A stretch of DNA of 57,923 nucleotides from Polyangia bacterium. Its GTDB lineage: Bacteria; Myxococcota_A; Polyangia; Fen-1088. Below, piece by piece: positions 23,754 to 32,277 of the stretch. A model generated the notes under the pieces. It saw only the letters and a program-made list of their open reading frames with translations, had not been told where the DNA came from and made no database searches. The stretch lies in the NCBI GenBank assembly GCA_036557265.1, contig DATBHU010000095.1, positions 1 through 57,923 on the forward strand, read 5' to 3'. A program made the position numbers and the translations under genes. How positions within the stretch are numbered: the first letter of the stretch is position 1; each line of letters begins with the position of its first letter.

Positions 23754-26081
23754 ATGTCGGAAAAAGAGCCGAGCGGCAACGACGAGCCGCAGCCGCTGAG
23801 CCTGCGCGACGCCGAGGTGGCGCCGCCGCGCAAGACGCTGGCCGAGATCCTGGATGGGCTGCCGACCGCGCCGGGCGTCTACATCATGAAGGATGGGCGC
23901 GGGAAGGTGATCTACATCGGCAAGGCGGCGGTGCTGCGCAACCGCGTCCGCCAGTACTTCCAGCCCGCGACCAGCGACATTCGCGACTTCGTCCCGCTGC
24001 TGGAGGGGATCGTCGCCGACATCGAGACGGTCATCACCGCGAACGAGAAAGAGGCGCTGCTTCTCGAGAACACGCTGATCAAACGGCACCAGCCGCGCTT
24101 CAACGTCAACCTCAAGGACGACAAGAACTATCTGGTGCTGCGGCTCGATCCGAAGGCGGAGTGGCCGCGGCTCGAGGTGGTGCGGCGGCTCGGCGACGAC
24201 GGCGCGCACTACTTCGGCCCCTACCATTCGGCGACGTCGTGCCGCGAGGCGCTGCGGGTGGTGAACCGGCACTTCCAGCTGCGCACCTGCACGGACCACG
24301 TGCTGCACAACCGCCGCCGCCCCTGCCTGCAATACCAGATCAAGCGCTGCCCGGCGCCGTGCGTGCTGCCGGTGCCGCGCGAGCAGTACGACGACCAGGT
24401 GCGCGACGTGCGCCTGTTTCTCGAAGGCAAGAGCGACGAGCTGCTGGAGCGGTTGACGGCGCGCATGAAGGACGCGGCCGGGCGCACCGAGTTCGAGCTG
24501 GCGGCGGAGATCCGGGATCAGATCCGCGCGCTGGAGGTGACGCTCGAGGAGCAGCGGGTGGTGTCGAGCGACTTCGTCGATCAGGACGTGATCGGCTACT
24601 ACCGCGAGGGGATCGCGCTGGAGCTGGCGGTGATGTCGATCCGGGGCGGCAAGCTGACCGGGAGCCGCACGTTCTCGTTCACGGGCCAGGAGTTCCCCGA
24701 CGCCGAGCTGCTGTCGTCGTTCGTCGGCCTCTACTACGACATGGGCGCGTCGGTGCCCGACGAGGTGCTGCTGCCGATCGAGATCGAGGACGCGCCGCTG
24801 AAGGCGGAGTGGCTGAGCGAGCGGCGGGCGGCGCTGCCGGGCGCGCGCAAGAAGAAGGTCGAGGTGCAGGTCCCGCAGCGGGGCGACCGCCGCAAGCTCG
24901 TCGAGCTGGCGAACCGGAACGCGGCCGCGAGCTTCGCCACCCGGCGCAACGCGCGCGCCGACACCGAGCTGGCGCTCGGCAAGCTGCAGAAGCGGCTGAA
25001 GCTGGCGCGCCTGCCGCGCGTGATCGAGTGCTACGACGTCTCGCACCTGCAGGGGTTCGCGACGGTGGCGTCGATGGTGGTGTTCGTGGACGGGCGGCCG
25101 GAGAAGGCGCGCTACCGGACGTACAAGGTGCGGGCGCCGGGCGCGGCGGGCAGTCCGCGCCACAACGACGACTTCGCGTCGATGTACGAGGTGCTGTCGC
25201 GCCGCTTCCGGCGCGCCCGACCGGGCGACGGCGGTGACGACGACGCCGCCTGGAAGCTGCCCGACCTGATCGTCGTCGACGGCGGCAAGGGGCAGCTGGC
25301 GATGGCGCTGGCGGCGGCGCGCGACGTCGGCATCGACGTGCGCCCGGGCGTCGGTCTGCCGATCGTGGCACTGGCCAAGGAGCGCGACGTGCTGGCCGAC
25401 GAGGCCGCGGTGAAGACGCCGGCCGCGGTGCCGGCGGCCGTCGCCGAGACACAGGCCGCTGAGACGCCGGCCGCGGCTGCGGCAACGCCGGCCGCGGCTG
25501 CGGAGACGACGGCCGCCGCTGACACGGCGGAGCCGCCGCCTGTCACCGCGGAGACGGCGGTCGAGCCGCCGGCCGCGCCCGCCCCGCCGGCCGCGCCCGC
25601 CCCGCGGGCCCGCGGTCGCAAGGCGGCGGCGAAGGACGCCGGCACGACGCGGCCCGATCGCGTCTTCCTGCCGCAGGCCAAGGACGCGATCCCGATCCGC
25701 CCGAACAGCGCCGAGATGTTCGTGCTGCAGGCGCTGCGCGACGAGGCGCACCGCTTCGCCGTCAGCTTCCACCGCGGACAGCGCCGGCGGCTGACGCTGC
25801 GTTCGGCGCTGTCGGACATCCCCGGCATCGGCCCCGGTCGCCAGCGCCAGCTGCTGCGTCACTTCGGCAGCATCAAGCGCGTGCGGCTCGCCTCCGTCGA
25901 CGAGCTGGCGGCCGTCCCGGGCATCAGCCGCGCCGTCGCCGAGGCCGTCCACGCTCACTGGGCCAGGCAGCCGCTCGATGCGGGCGTCGTCGAACCGCAG
26001 CCGACCGCCGAGGCCGCCGCCGCCGAGCAGCCCCACGCCGAGGAAGAGGCGATCGAGGCCGCTTTCGGATCGGGCGAGTAG
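23754..26081 (+). CDS. uvrC: excinuclease ABC subunit C, with an Ala/Pro/Thr/Glu-rich insertion before the C-terminal HhH region
   Basis: GIY-YIG (GVYIMKDGRGKVIYIGKA..LRNRVRQYF), UvrBC motif, endonuclease domain and C-terminal IPGIGPGRQRQLLRHFGS. An alternative start exists at 23739. Confidence 0.9.
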   Translation: MSEKEPSGNDEPQPLSLRDAEVAPPRKTLAEILDGLPTAPGVYIMKDGRGKVIYIGKAAVLRNRVRQYFQPATSDIRDFVPLLEGIVADIETVITANEKEALLLENTLIKRHQPRFNVNLKDDKNYLVLRLDPKAEWPRLEVVRRLGDDGAHYFGPYHSATSCREALRVVNRHFQLRTCTDHVLHNRRRPCLQYQIKRCPAPCVLPVPREQYDDQVRDVRLFLEGKSDELLERLTARMKDAAGRTEFELAAEIRDQIRALEVTLEEQRVVSSDFVDQDVIGYYREGIALELAVMSIRGGKLTGSRTFSFTGQEFPDAELLSSFVGLYYDMGASVPDEVLLPIEIEDAPLKAEWLSERRAALPGARKKKVEVQVPQRGDRRKLVELANRNAAASFATRRNARADTELALGKLQKRLKLARLPRVIECYDVSHLQGFATVASMVVFVDGRPEKARYRTYKVRAPGAAGSPRHNDDFASMYEVLSRRFRRARPGDGGDDDAAWKLPDLIVVDGGKGQLAMALAAARDVGIDVRPGVGLPIVALAKERDVLADEAAVKTPAAVPAAVAETQAAETPAAAAATPAAAAETTAAADTAEPPPVTAETAVEPPAAPAPPAAPAPRARGRKAAAKDAGTTRPDRVFLPQAKDAIPIRPNSAEMFVLQALRDEAHRFAVSFHRGQRRRLTLRSALSDIPGIGPGRQRQLLRHFGSIKRVRLASVDELAAVPGISRAVAEAVHAHWARQPLDAGVVEPQPTAEAAAAEQPHAEEEAIEAAFGSGE

Positions 26082-26143
26082 GCCGAGCCCGCTCTCCATA
26101 TCCGCGTCTTTCCAGCTAGTTACGCGCGGAAGCGGCGGAAATT

Positions 26144-26172
26144 TTGACGGGTGTCGGGCTAGGTAGTCTGAT
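26144..26172 (+). promoter_or_regulatory. candidate ftsK promoter TTGACG-N17-TCTGAT
   Basis: AT-rich aaattTTGACG stands out in the uvrC-ftsK intergenic region. The match to the -10 consensus is weak. Confidence 0.2.
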
Positions 26173-26209
26173 GTAGGCGTAATCCCACCCTGCATCGAAG
26201 GACGAACCA

Positions 26210-29074
26210 ATGCCCGCCAAGACCGCCCCCTCCGAGTCGACCCGAGGCACCGGACGCCCCCCGCACCGCCGCCGCGAGATCACCGGCATCCTGCTGCTGG
26301 CCGGCGGGCTGTTCACCGGCCTCGCGCTGGTGTCGCGGCAGAGCGGCGACCCGATGATGGGCCCCGGCGGCGAGGCGATCGCCGGCGCGTTCTACGCGAC
26401 CGCGGGCCTCGGCGCCTACCTGATCGTCGCAGGCATGCTGGTCGCGGCGGTGCGCTGCTTCCGCGGGCGGCGGCTGGTCGAGGGCCTGCGCGAGGCGGGC
26501 GGCACGGCGATGCTGCTCGCGTCGGCGGCGGCGCTGCTGTACCTGCCGTTCGCGGACAGCGGCTTCGCGTCGCACGGGCCGGGCGGCCTGCTCGGTGAAT
26601 GGCTGGGCGGCGTCTCCGCCGGGTTCATCGGCAGCGTGGGGGCGGCGCTGGCCGCGACAACGTCGTTGGTCGTCGCGCTGCTGCTGGTCACCGACGTCAG
26701 CACGCGCGAGGTCGCGGTCGTCCTGTCGTGGGCGGGGCGGCACGCGCTCCGCGGCGTCGTCGCCGGGGCGCGCGGGACCTGGCGCGTGATGCGCGCGGCG
26801 TTCCCGGAGAAGGACGACCGCGACGACCGCACCGACCGCCGCGAGCCGGAGGAGGACGTCGAGGACGACTCCGCGTCGATCCAGATCCACCCGGCCGAAG
26901 AGCTGCACGCCGACGCCGACGCCGACACCGACGAGAGCGCGGAGGTCCAGGCGGACGAAGACACGGCCGCGGACGATCGGGCCGCGCGGTCGAAGCGCGT
27001 CGCCGCCCAGATGGACGCCGTCCCCGAGACGGTGGAGGGGGAGGAGAGCGGGGGCGTCCGCGTCGGCGAGGCCCGCTCGGTGCCCGAGAAGGGGGTCGAT
27101 CCGGAGCGCGCCGCCATGGCGGCGATCGTCGCCGAGGTCGCCGCGGTCGAGCGCTTCGCGCCCGATCCGGAGCCCGAGGTCGTCGAGGAGAAGACGGAGG
27201 AGGTGCCGGTCATCGCCGCGCCGCCGGCTCGGCCCGTCGACGCGCCGATCATCGTGGAGTCGGCCTCGATCGCGCGGCTGCGCCAGCAGGAGGTGGCGGA
27301 GGCCGCCGCCGCCGCCGCGGCCGAGGCCGGCGCGCTCAGCGCCGAGGAGGCCGAGCGCCAGCGCGACGAGAAGCGCGGCTTCATCAAGCTGAGCGACGGC
27401 GACTTCAAGCTGCCGGGCGCCGATCTGCTGGAGTACATCCCGCCGGCCGCCCACGAGACCGACAAGCAGCCCCTCTACGACATGGCGGAGCGGCTCGAGC
27501 AGGCGATGTCGAACTACGGCGTGCGCGGCAAGGTGAAGGAGATCCACATGGGTCCCGTCGTCACCATGTTCGAGTTTGCGCCCGCGCCCGGCACGCGCAC
27601 CGGCAAGATCGCCAACCTCGAGAAGGATCTGGCGATGGCGCTGGAGGCGCAGGCGGTCCGCATCGTCGCGCCGATCCCGGGCAAGGCGGTGGTCGGCGTC
27701 GAGGTGCCGAACAAGGCGCGCGAGACCGTGTTCCTGAAGGAGATCCTGACGGACGCCAGCTTCTCGTCGGCGTCGTCGAAGCTGCAGGTGGCGCTGGGCA
27801 AGGACATCAAGGGCGCCCCCGTCAGCGTCAACCTGTCCAAGATGCCGCACCTGCTGGTGGCCGGCACCACCGGCTCGGGCAAGTCGGTCGCCGTCAACGG
27901 CATGATCACCAGCGTCCTCTACAACGCCGGGCCCGAGGACGTCCGCTTCATCATGGTCGATCCGAAGATGCTGGAGCTGTCGATCTACGAGGGGATCCCG
28001 CACCTGCTGCTGCCGGTCGTGACCGATCCGAAGAAGGCGAACCTGGCGCTGCGCTGGGCGGTCGACGAGATGGAGCGGCGCTACGAGCTGCTCGCCAAGA
28101 CCGGCGTGCGCGACATCTCCAGCTACAACGCCAAGATCGAGGGGGCGGCGGCCAAGGAGGAGGCGGCGTCGTCGGCGGCCGGGCGCAAGTCCGACAAGAA
28201 GATCCGCGTGGTCATCGCCGGGCCCGACGGCACCGAGCAGGAGGTCGATCTCGACGCGGACGCCGAGATCACGCTGGCCGAGGGGGCGGACGGCGACACC
28301 GCCGGCATCGTCAACGTCGAGGCGCCGAGCGAAGAGGATCTGTCGGACGCGGCGGCGAAGGTGCAGGCCGAGAAGGAGAAGGCGGCCTCGGAAGACAGGC
28401 CGACCAAGCTGCCCTACATCGTCATCGTCATCGACGAGTTCGCGGACCTGATGATGGTCGCGCCGAAGGACGTGGAGACCAGCGTGGCGCGGCTGGCCCA
28501 GAAGGCGCGCGCGGCGGGGCTGCACCTGATCCTGGCGACGCAGCGGCCGTCGGTCGACGTCATCACCGGGCTCATCAAGGCGAACTTCCCCAGCCGCATC
28601 GCGCTGCAGGTCGCGTCGCGCATCGATTCGCGCACCATCCTCGACCAGCAGGGCGCGGAGACGCTGCTCGGCAACGGCGACATGCTGTTCTCCGACCGCG
28701 GCACCAAGCTCCGCCGCATCCACGGCGCGTTCCTGTCGGACAACGAGGTGCACCGCGTGGTCGAGTTCCTGAAGCAGCAGGCGAAGCCGGTCTACGACAT
28801 GGACATCCTCAAGCCGCGCGAGGAGGACGCCGAGGAGGGCGGCGCTCCCGCCAACGACTTCCACGACGAGTTCTACGATCAGGCGGTCGCGATCGTGTGC
28901 GACACGCGCCAGGCCTCGGTCTCGTACATCCAGCGGCGCCTGCAGATCGGCTACAACCGCGCCGCCCGCATGGTCGAGCAGATGGAGCGCGACGGCATCG
29001 TCGGCCCGACCAACGGCGCCAAGCCGCGCGAGGTGCTGGCGCCGGCCGGGGAGTACCTGCAGGCGGGCGCGTGA
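26210..29074 (+). CDS. ftsK: DNA translocase FtsK
   Basis: N-terminal TM helices, an acidic linker, Walker A VAGTTGSGKS, Walker B IVIVIDEFADL, and the gamma domain SYIQRRLQIGYNRAARMVEQME. Confidence 0.95.
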   Translation: MPAKTAPSESTRGTGRPPHRRREITGILLLAGGLFTGLALVSRQSGDPMMGPGGEAIAGAFYATAGLGAYLIVAGMLVAAVRCFRGRRLVEGLREAGGTAMLLASAAALLYLPFADSGFASHGPGGLLGEWLGGVSAGFIGSVGAALAATTSLVVALLLVTDVSTREVAVVLSWAGRHALRGVVAGARGTWRVMRAAFPEKDDRDDRTDRREPEEDVEDDSASIQIHPAEELHADADADTDESAEVQADEDTAADDRAARSKRVAAQMDAVPETVEGEESGGVRVGEARSVPEKGVDPERAAMAAIVAEVAAVERFAPDPEPEVVEEKTEEVPVIAAPPARPVDAPIIVESASIARLRQQEVAEAAAAAAAEAGALSAEEAERQRDEKRGFIKLSDGDFKLPGADLLEYIPPAAHETDKQPLYDMAERLEQAMSNYGVRGKVKEIHMGPVVTMFEFAPAPGTRTGKIANLEKDLAMALEAQAVRIVAPIPGKAVVGVEVPNKARETVFLKEILTDASFSSASSKLQVALGKDIKGAPVSVNLSKMPHLLVAGTTGSGKSVAVNGMITSVLYNAGPEDVRFIMVDPKMLELSIYEGIPHLLLPVVTDPKKANLALRWAVDEMERRYELLAKTGVRDISSYNAKIEGAAAKEEAASSAAGRKSDKKIRVVIAGPDGTEQEVDLDADAEITLAEGADGDTAGIVNVEAPSEEDLSDAAAKVQAEKEKAASEDRPTKLPYIVIVIDEFADLMMVAPKDVETSVARLAQKARAAGLHLILATQRPSVDVITGLIKANFPSRIALQVASRIDSRTILDQQGAETLLGNGDMLFSDRGTKLRRIHGAFLSDNEVHRVVEFLKQQAKPVYDMDILKPREEDAEEGGAPANDFHDEFYDQAVAIVCDTRQASVSYIQRRLQIGYNRAARMVEQMERDGIVGPTNGAKPREVLAPAGEYLQAGA

Positions 29075-29082
29075 GCCGGGGT

Positions 29083-29114
29083 GGGGTGAGGGAAAGCCTT
29101 GCGAGAGGCGAGCG
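29083..29114. repeat. intergenic GC-rich repeat, motif 2 (GGGGTGAGGGnnAGCCTTGCGAG...) copy A
   Basis: 21 of the first 23 nt are identical to 29948..29970. It starts 9 nt after the ftsK stop. Confidence 0.7.
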
Positions 29115-29165
29115 GGGTCAGCGTGAGGGCGAGCCGCTCGCGGTAGCCTGCGCTAGGATTGCGAC

Positions 29166-29840
29166 GTGATCGGATCGATTGCTTCTCTGGTGATCGCGAT
29201 GGCCCAGGCCGCGGCGCCCGCGCCCACGCCCGCACCGGCGGGCCCGCGCCTGGACGTCAAGGCCGTCGTCGCGGAGGTGCAGAAGCGCTACGACGGCGCG
29301 GCCGACTTTCGCGCGCGCTTCACGCAGACGCTGACCAGCACCGCGCTGGGACGAAAGACCAGCTCGTCGGGCGAGGTGACGTTCAAGAAGCCGGGGCGGA
29401 TGCGCTGGGACTACGAGAAGCCAGACAAGTCCAGCTACGTCACCGACGGCGGCGTGCTGTGGCTGTACGAACCCGACGACAAGCAGGCGTTCAAGCAGGA
29501 CCTCAAGTCGTCGCAGCTGCCGGCCGCGCTGTCGTTCCTGACCGGCAAGGGGAAGCTGGCGGCGGAGTTCGACATCACGTTCGCCGGCAACAAGCCCGGC
29601 CCCGACTACGTGCTGTCGCTGTCGCCCAAGGCGCCGCAGGCCCAGGTGAAGACCATCCAGTTCGTCGTCGATCCGCGCACCTACGACGTGCGCGAGAGCG
29701 TGATCACCGACGGCCAGGGGAACATCAACGACCTCACCTTCGCCGACATCCGCGTCAACACGCGCGTGCCGGACGCGCTGTTCAAGTTCACGCCGCCCGC
29801 AGGCACGCGGGTCATCGACACCGCGAAGCTCGGGAAGTAA
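29166..29840 (+). CDS. lolA: outer-membrane lipoprotein carrier protein LolA
   Basis: FTQ.......G.VTFKKPGRMRWDYEKPDKSSYVTDGGVLWLYEPD is the LolA signature. Synteny with ftsK is conserved. Confidence 0.85.
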   Translation: MIGSIASLVIAMAQAAAPAPTPAPAGPRLDVKAVVAEVQKRYDGAADFRARFTQTLTSTALGRKTSSSGEVTFKKPGRMRWDYEKPDKSSYVTDGGVLWLYEPDDKQAFKQDLKSSQLPAALSFLTGKGKLAAEFDITFAGNKPGPDYVLSLSPKAPQAQVKTIQFVVDPRTYDVRESVITDGQGNINDLTFADIRVNTRVPDALFKFTPPAGTRVIDTAKLGK

Positions 29841-29865
29841 CGGGCCCTCTCTCCTCCAACGCGGG

Positions 29866-29906
29866 CCCCTCTCCCTAACCCTCTCCCCGCTTCGCGGGGC
29901 GAGGGG
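29866..29906. repeat. intergenic palindromic repeat, motif 1 (REP-like hairpin)
   Basis: cccctctccctaaccctctccccgcttcgcggggcgagggg. 39 of 40 nt are identical to the reverse complement of 36959..36998. It forms a 10-bp stem (1 mismatch) around loop CTTCG. Confidence 0.85.
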
Positions 29907-29920
29907 ATCGGATCTGATCT

Positions 29921-29944
29921 CCCTCTCCCGCTTGCGGGAGAGGG
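29921..29944. repeat. second REP-like hairpin (perfect 10-bp stem CCCTCTCCCG/CGGGAGAGGG, CTTG loop)
   Basis: Read directly from the sequence. It is related to the motif 1 stem. Confidence 0.8.
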
Positions 29945-29947
29945 CTT

Positions 29948-29978
29948 GGGGTGAGGGCCAGCCTTGCGAGCGCCAGCG
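29948..29978. repeat. intergenic repeat motif 2, copy B
   Basis: ggggtgagggccagccttgcgagcgccagcg, compared with copy A at 29083. Confidence 0.7.
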
Positions 29979-29987
29979 ACCGTCGGC

Positions 29988-30902
29988 TCAGAAGCGGACG
30001 GTCATCGCGGCGCCGCCACCAGAGGCGGTCGCCGAGGGCGTGAAGATGAACGCGGTCTTCGACTTCTCGCTCGGCCGCAGCACCAGCGGGTAGCCGGCGA
30101 TGCCGGCCGCCACCAGGCCGACCGCGGCCGCCACGATACCGATGTTCGTGGCGAGGGCGTAGTGGTTGCCCTTGGTCTCGAGGTCGTCCTTCTGCGCCTG
30201 GCCGACGGCCTTTTCGTAGTCGCTCTCGGTCTTGAGCTCGAGGATGCCGAACGTCACCGCGGCGACGACGCCCACCGCGGCGACGACGAGCGCGACCTTG
30301 GTGATGGTCATGCGTGTCGGCGTCATCTCGGCGTCGAACATTCCCGGCCCGCTGGCCGCGTGCAGCGACGCCGCGCCGCCCAGGTCGACCGCGGTCTCCT
30401 CGTTCTCGCCGACGCTGACCGGCTTCGACAGCTGCTTGCCGTTCGCATAGACCGCCTCGACGATGTAGTCGCCCTTGGGGACGCTGTAGATGGTGAGCGG
30501 CGCGGTGCCGAAGTAGCGGCCCTCGAGGAAGATCTTGATCTTCGATTCGGGAGCGGCCTTCACGGCGACGCGCCCCAGCCCCTCGGCGTTCGGCGAACCG
30601 ACGTGCACGTGACCGAGGCTGTCGGTCTTGGGCGCTTCCTGCGAGGTGTCGAGGATCGTCTTCGGCTTCTCCGTGTCACCGGCCTGCTCGGCGGGCTTCC
30701 CGGGCTTCTCGACCTGCTCGGCGGGCGGCGACGCTTCGTCGGTCGCCTGCGTCGGCTCGGCGGCCTTCTTCTTCTTGGCCAGCGCGGGACGCGCGCTGAG
30801 CAGGGTGGCGCCACCAAACAGCATCGCGAGGAGGGCGATGCCCCAACCCGAGGTAACGAGACGACCTGGCGACGTCCGGGGACGAACAACTGAACGCGTC
30901 AT
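29988..30902 (-). CDS. PEGA-domain protein with N-terminal signal/anchor and C-terminal TM helices
   Basis: A Lys/Glu/Pro-rich region, then IFLEGRYFGTAPLTIYSVPKGDYIVEA (PEGA-like), and two hydrophobic helices near the C-terminus. Confidence 0.6.
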   Translation of the reverse strand: MTRSVVRPRTSPGRLVTSGWGIALLAMLFGGATLLSARPALAKKKKAAEPTQATDEASPPAEQVEKPGKPAEQAGDTEKPKTILDTSQEAPKTDSLGHVHVGSPNAEGLGRVAVKAAPESKIKIFLEGRYFGTAPLTIYSVPKGDYIVEAVYANGKQLSKPVSVGENEETAVDLGGAASLHAASGPGMFDAEMTPTRMTITKVALVVAAVGVVAAVTFGILELKTESDYEKAVGQAQKDDLETKGNHYALATNIGIVAAAVGLVAAGIAGYPLVLRPSEKSKTAFIFTPSATASGGGAAMTVRF

Positions 30903-31001
30903 GAGTGGGTCCTGGTTGAGGGTGGGAGAAGCAGAAGGCGAGAGTGTACGCCCATTTGAGAAAAAACAAGCGGTACTGTCAACGGCGAATCCGACGGTGA
31001 A

Positions 31002-31664
31002 TCAGCGCGCGAAGCGGCCGACGTACGGGTTCTCCTCGCGCTCCGCCACGACGGAGGTTTCGGGGCCGTGCCCGGGGATCACCAGGGTCGCATCGGGCAG
31101 GGTCAGCAGCCGGTCGCGGATCGAATGCTTGATGTCGGGGAGCGATCCGCCCCACAGATCGGTCCGCCCGATCGAACCCTTGAACAGCGTGTCGCCCGCG
31201 AAAAGCAGCGGCGGTTGCCCCGCTTCCTCGAAGTAGAAGCAGATCGAACCGGGCGTGTGGCCGGGCGTGTGGAGGACGCGAAACTCCTGCCGGCCGAACG
31301 AGATCGCCTCGTCGCCGCGCAGCTCGAGCGTGGGCGCGGGCGGCGGACGATCGCCGGGACGATTGAGGCCGAACATCGCCGTCTGCATCAAGGCGTTGTC
31401 GTACAGCCAGCGGTCGTCGTGGTGCAGCAGCACGTCGGCGCCGGTGTCCGCGGCGACGTCGCCGGTCGCCATCACGTGATCGAAGTGGGCGTGCGTGTGC
31501 ACGAGCTTGACGGCGCGCAGCCCGGCCCGCTTCAGCGCCGCCAGGATCGCGGGCGCCTCGCCGCCCGGATCGATCACCAGCGCCTCGCGCGTCTCCGGGC
31601 AGCTGACGATGGTGCAGTTGCAGCCGAGCGTGCCGACCGGAAACGTCTCGCGGACGAGCGGCAT
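31002..31664 (-). CDS. MBL-fold hydrolase (YcbL / glyoxalase II-like)
   Basis: HTHAHFDH, HTPGHTPGS, GDTLFKGSIGRTD and PGHGP motifs. Confidence 0.8.
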   Translation of the reverse strand: MPLVRETFPVGTLGCNCTIVSCPETREALVIDPGGEAPAILAALKRAGLRAVKLVHTHAHFDHVMATGDVAADTGADVLLHHDDRWLYDNALMQTAMFGLNRPGDRPPPAPTLELRGDEAISFGRQEFRVLHTPGHTPGSICFYFEEAGQPPLLFAGDTLFKGSIGRTDLWGGSLPDIKHSIRDRLLTLPDATLVIPGHGPETSVVAEREENPYVGRFAR

Positions 31665-31698
31665 CGTGGGTCTTCGTCGGGGGGGCGCGCGGCTCCGG

Positions 31699-32226
31699 TC
31701 AGCGCAGGCGCAGGGGGACGCCGCTGACCATCATGACGACCGACTGCGCGCGCTCGGCGAGGATCTGGTTGGCCACGCCGGCGATGTTGATCAGGCGGCG
31801 ATCGGGGACGCTGGCGGGCAGGAAGCCGAGGCCGATCTCCGTCGTCACCAGCACGATCGGCGTCGTCGACCGGTAGAGCTTGTCCGAGAACGCCTCGACC
31901 TCGGCGACCAGGTCGTAGTCCGCCGACGCCTCGGGGGCGGCCGCCAGCCGGTTGGACAGCCAGATCGTGAAGCGATCGATCACGGCGGCGCCGTGGCCCG
32001 CCACGGTCTCGGGCGCCAGCGCCGCCGTGAACTTGGCGGGGGCTTCGTGCAGGTGCCAGGCCGCGTCCTGGTCGCGGCGGTGGCGGGCGAGCCGCGCCTT
32101 CAGCTCGTCGTCGCCCTCGATGTGCGGCGCGACGTAGAGCCACGGCGGTGGCCCCAGCTCCGACGCGCGCCGCAGACCGTACTCCGACTTGCCCGAGCGC
32201 AACCCTCCGGTCACGAACGTGAACAT
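31699..32226 (-). CDS. cobU: bifunctional adenosylcobinamide kinase / adenosylcobinamide-phosphate guanylyltransferase
   Basis: The P-loop VTGGLRSGKSEY at the N-terminus and the ~175-aa size are typical of CobU/CobP. Confidence 0.75.
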   Translation of the reverse strand: MFTFVTGGLRSGKSEYGLRRASELGPPPWLYVAPHIEGDDELKARLARHRRDQDAAWHLHEAPAKFTAALAPETVAGHGAAVIDRFTIWLSNRLAAAPEASADYDLVAEVEAFSDKLYRSTTPIVLVTTEIGLGFLPASVPDRRLINIAGVANQILAERAQSVVMMVSGVPLRLR

Positions 32227-32277
32227 GTCTTCGAGGCTACCGCATTCGCGGCGCCGTTCGCCACTGACTTGGCCGGC

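Noticed and set aside
22878-26210. A very long ORF (1110 aa) antisense to uvrC. Similar giants occur at 659..1648(-), 6000..8075(-), 7968..10439(+), 26159..28864(-), 26599..29169(+), 37582..40491(+), 44828..47038(-), 12232..14478(+), 15512..17188(+) and 54686..56314(+).
   Set aside because: Their translations are monotonous Arg/Ala/Gly/Pro/Asp strings with no recognisable motifs. Each overlaps a gene on the other strand or frame that has clear family signatures. Long open antisense frames are expected at about 70% GC.
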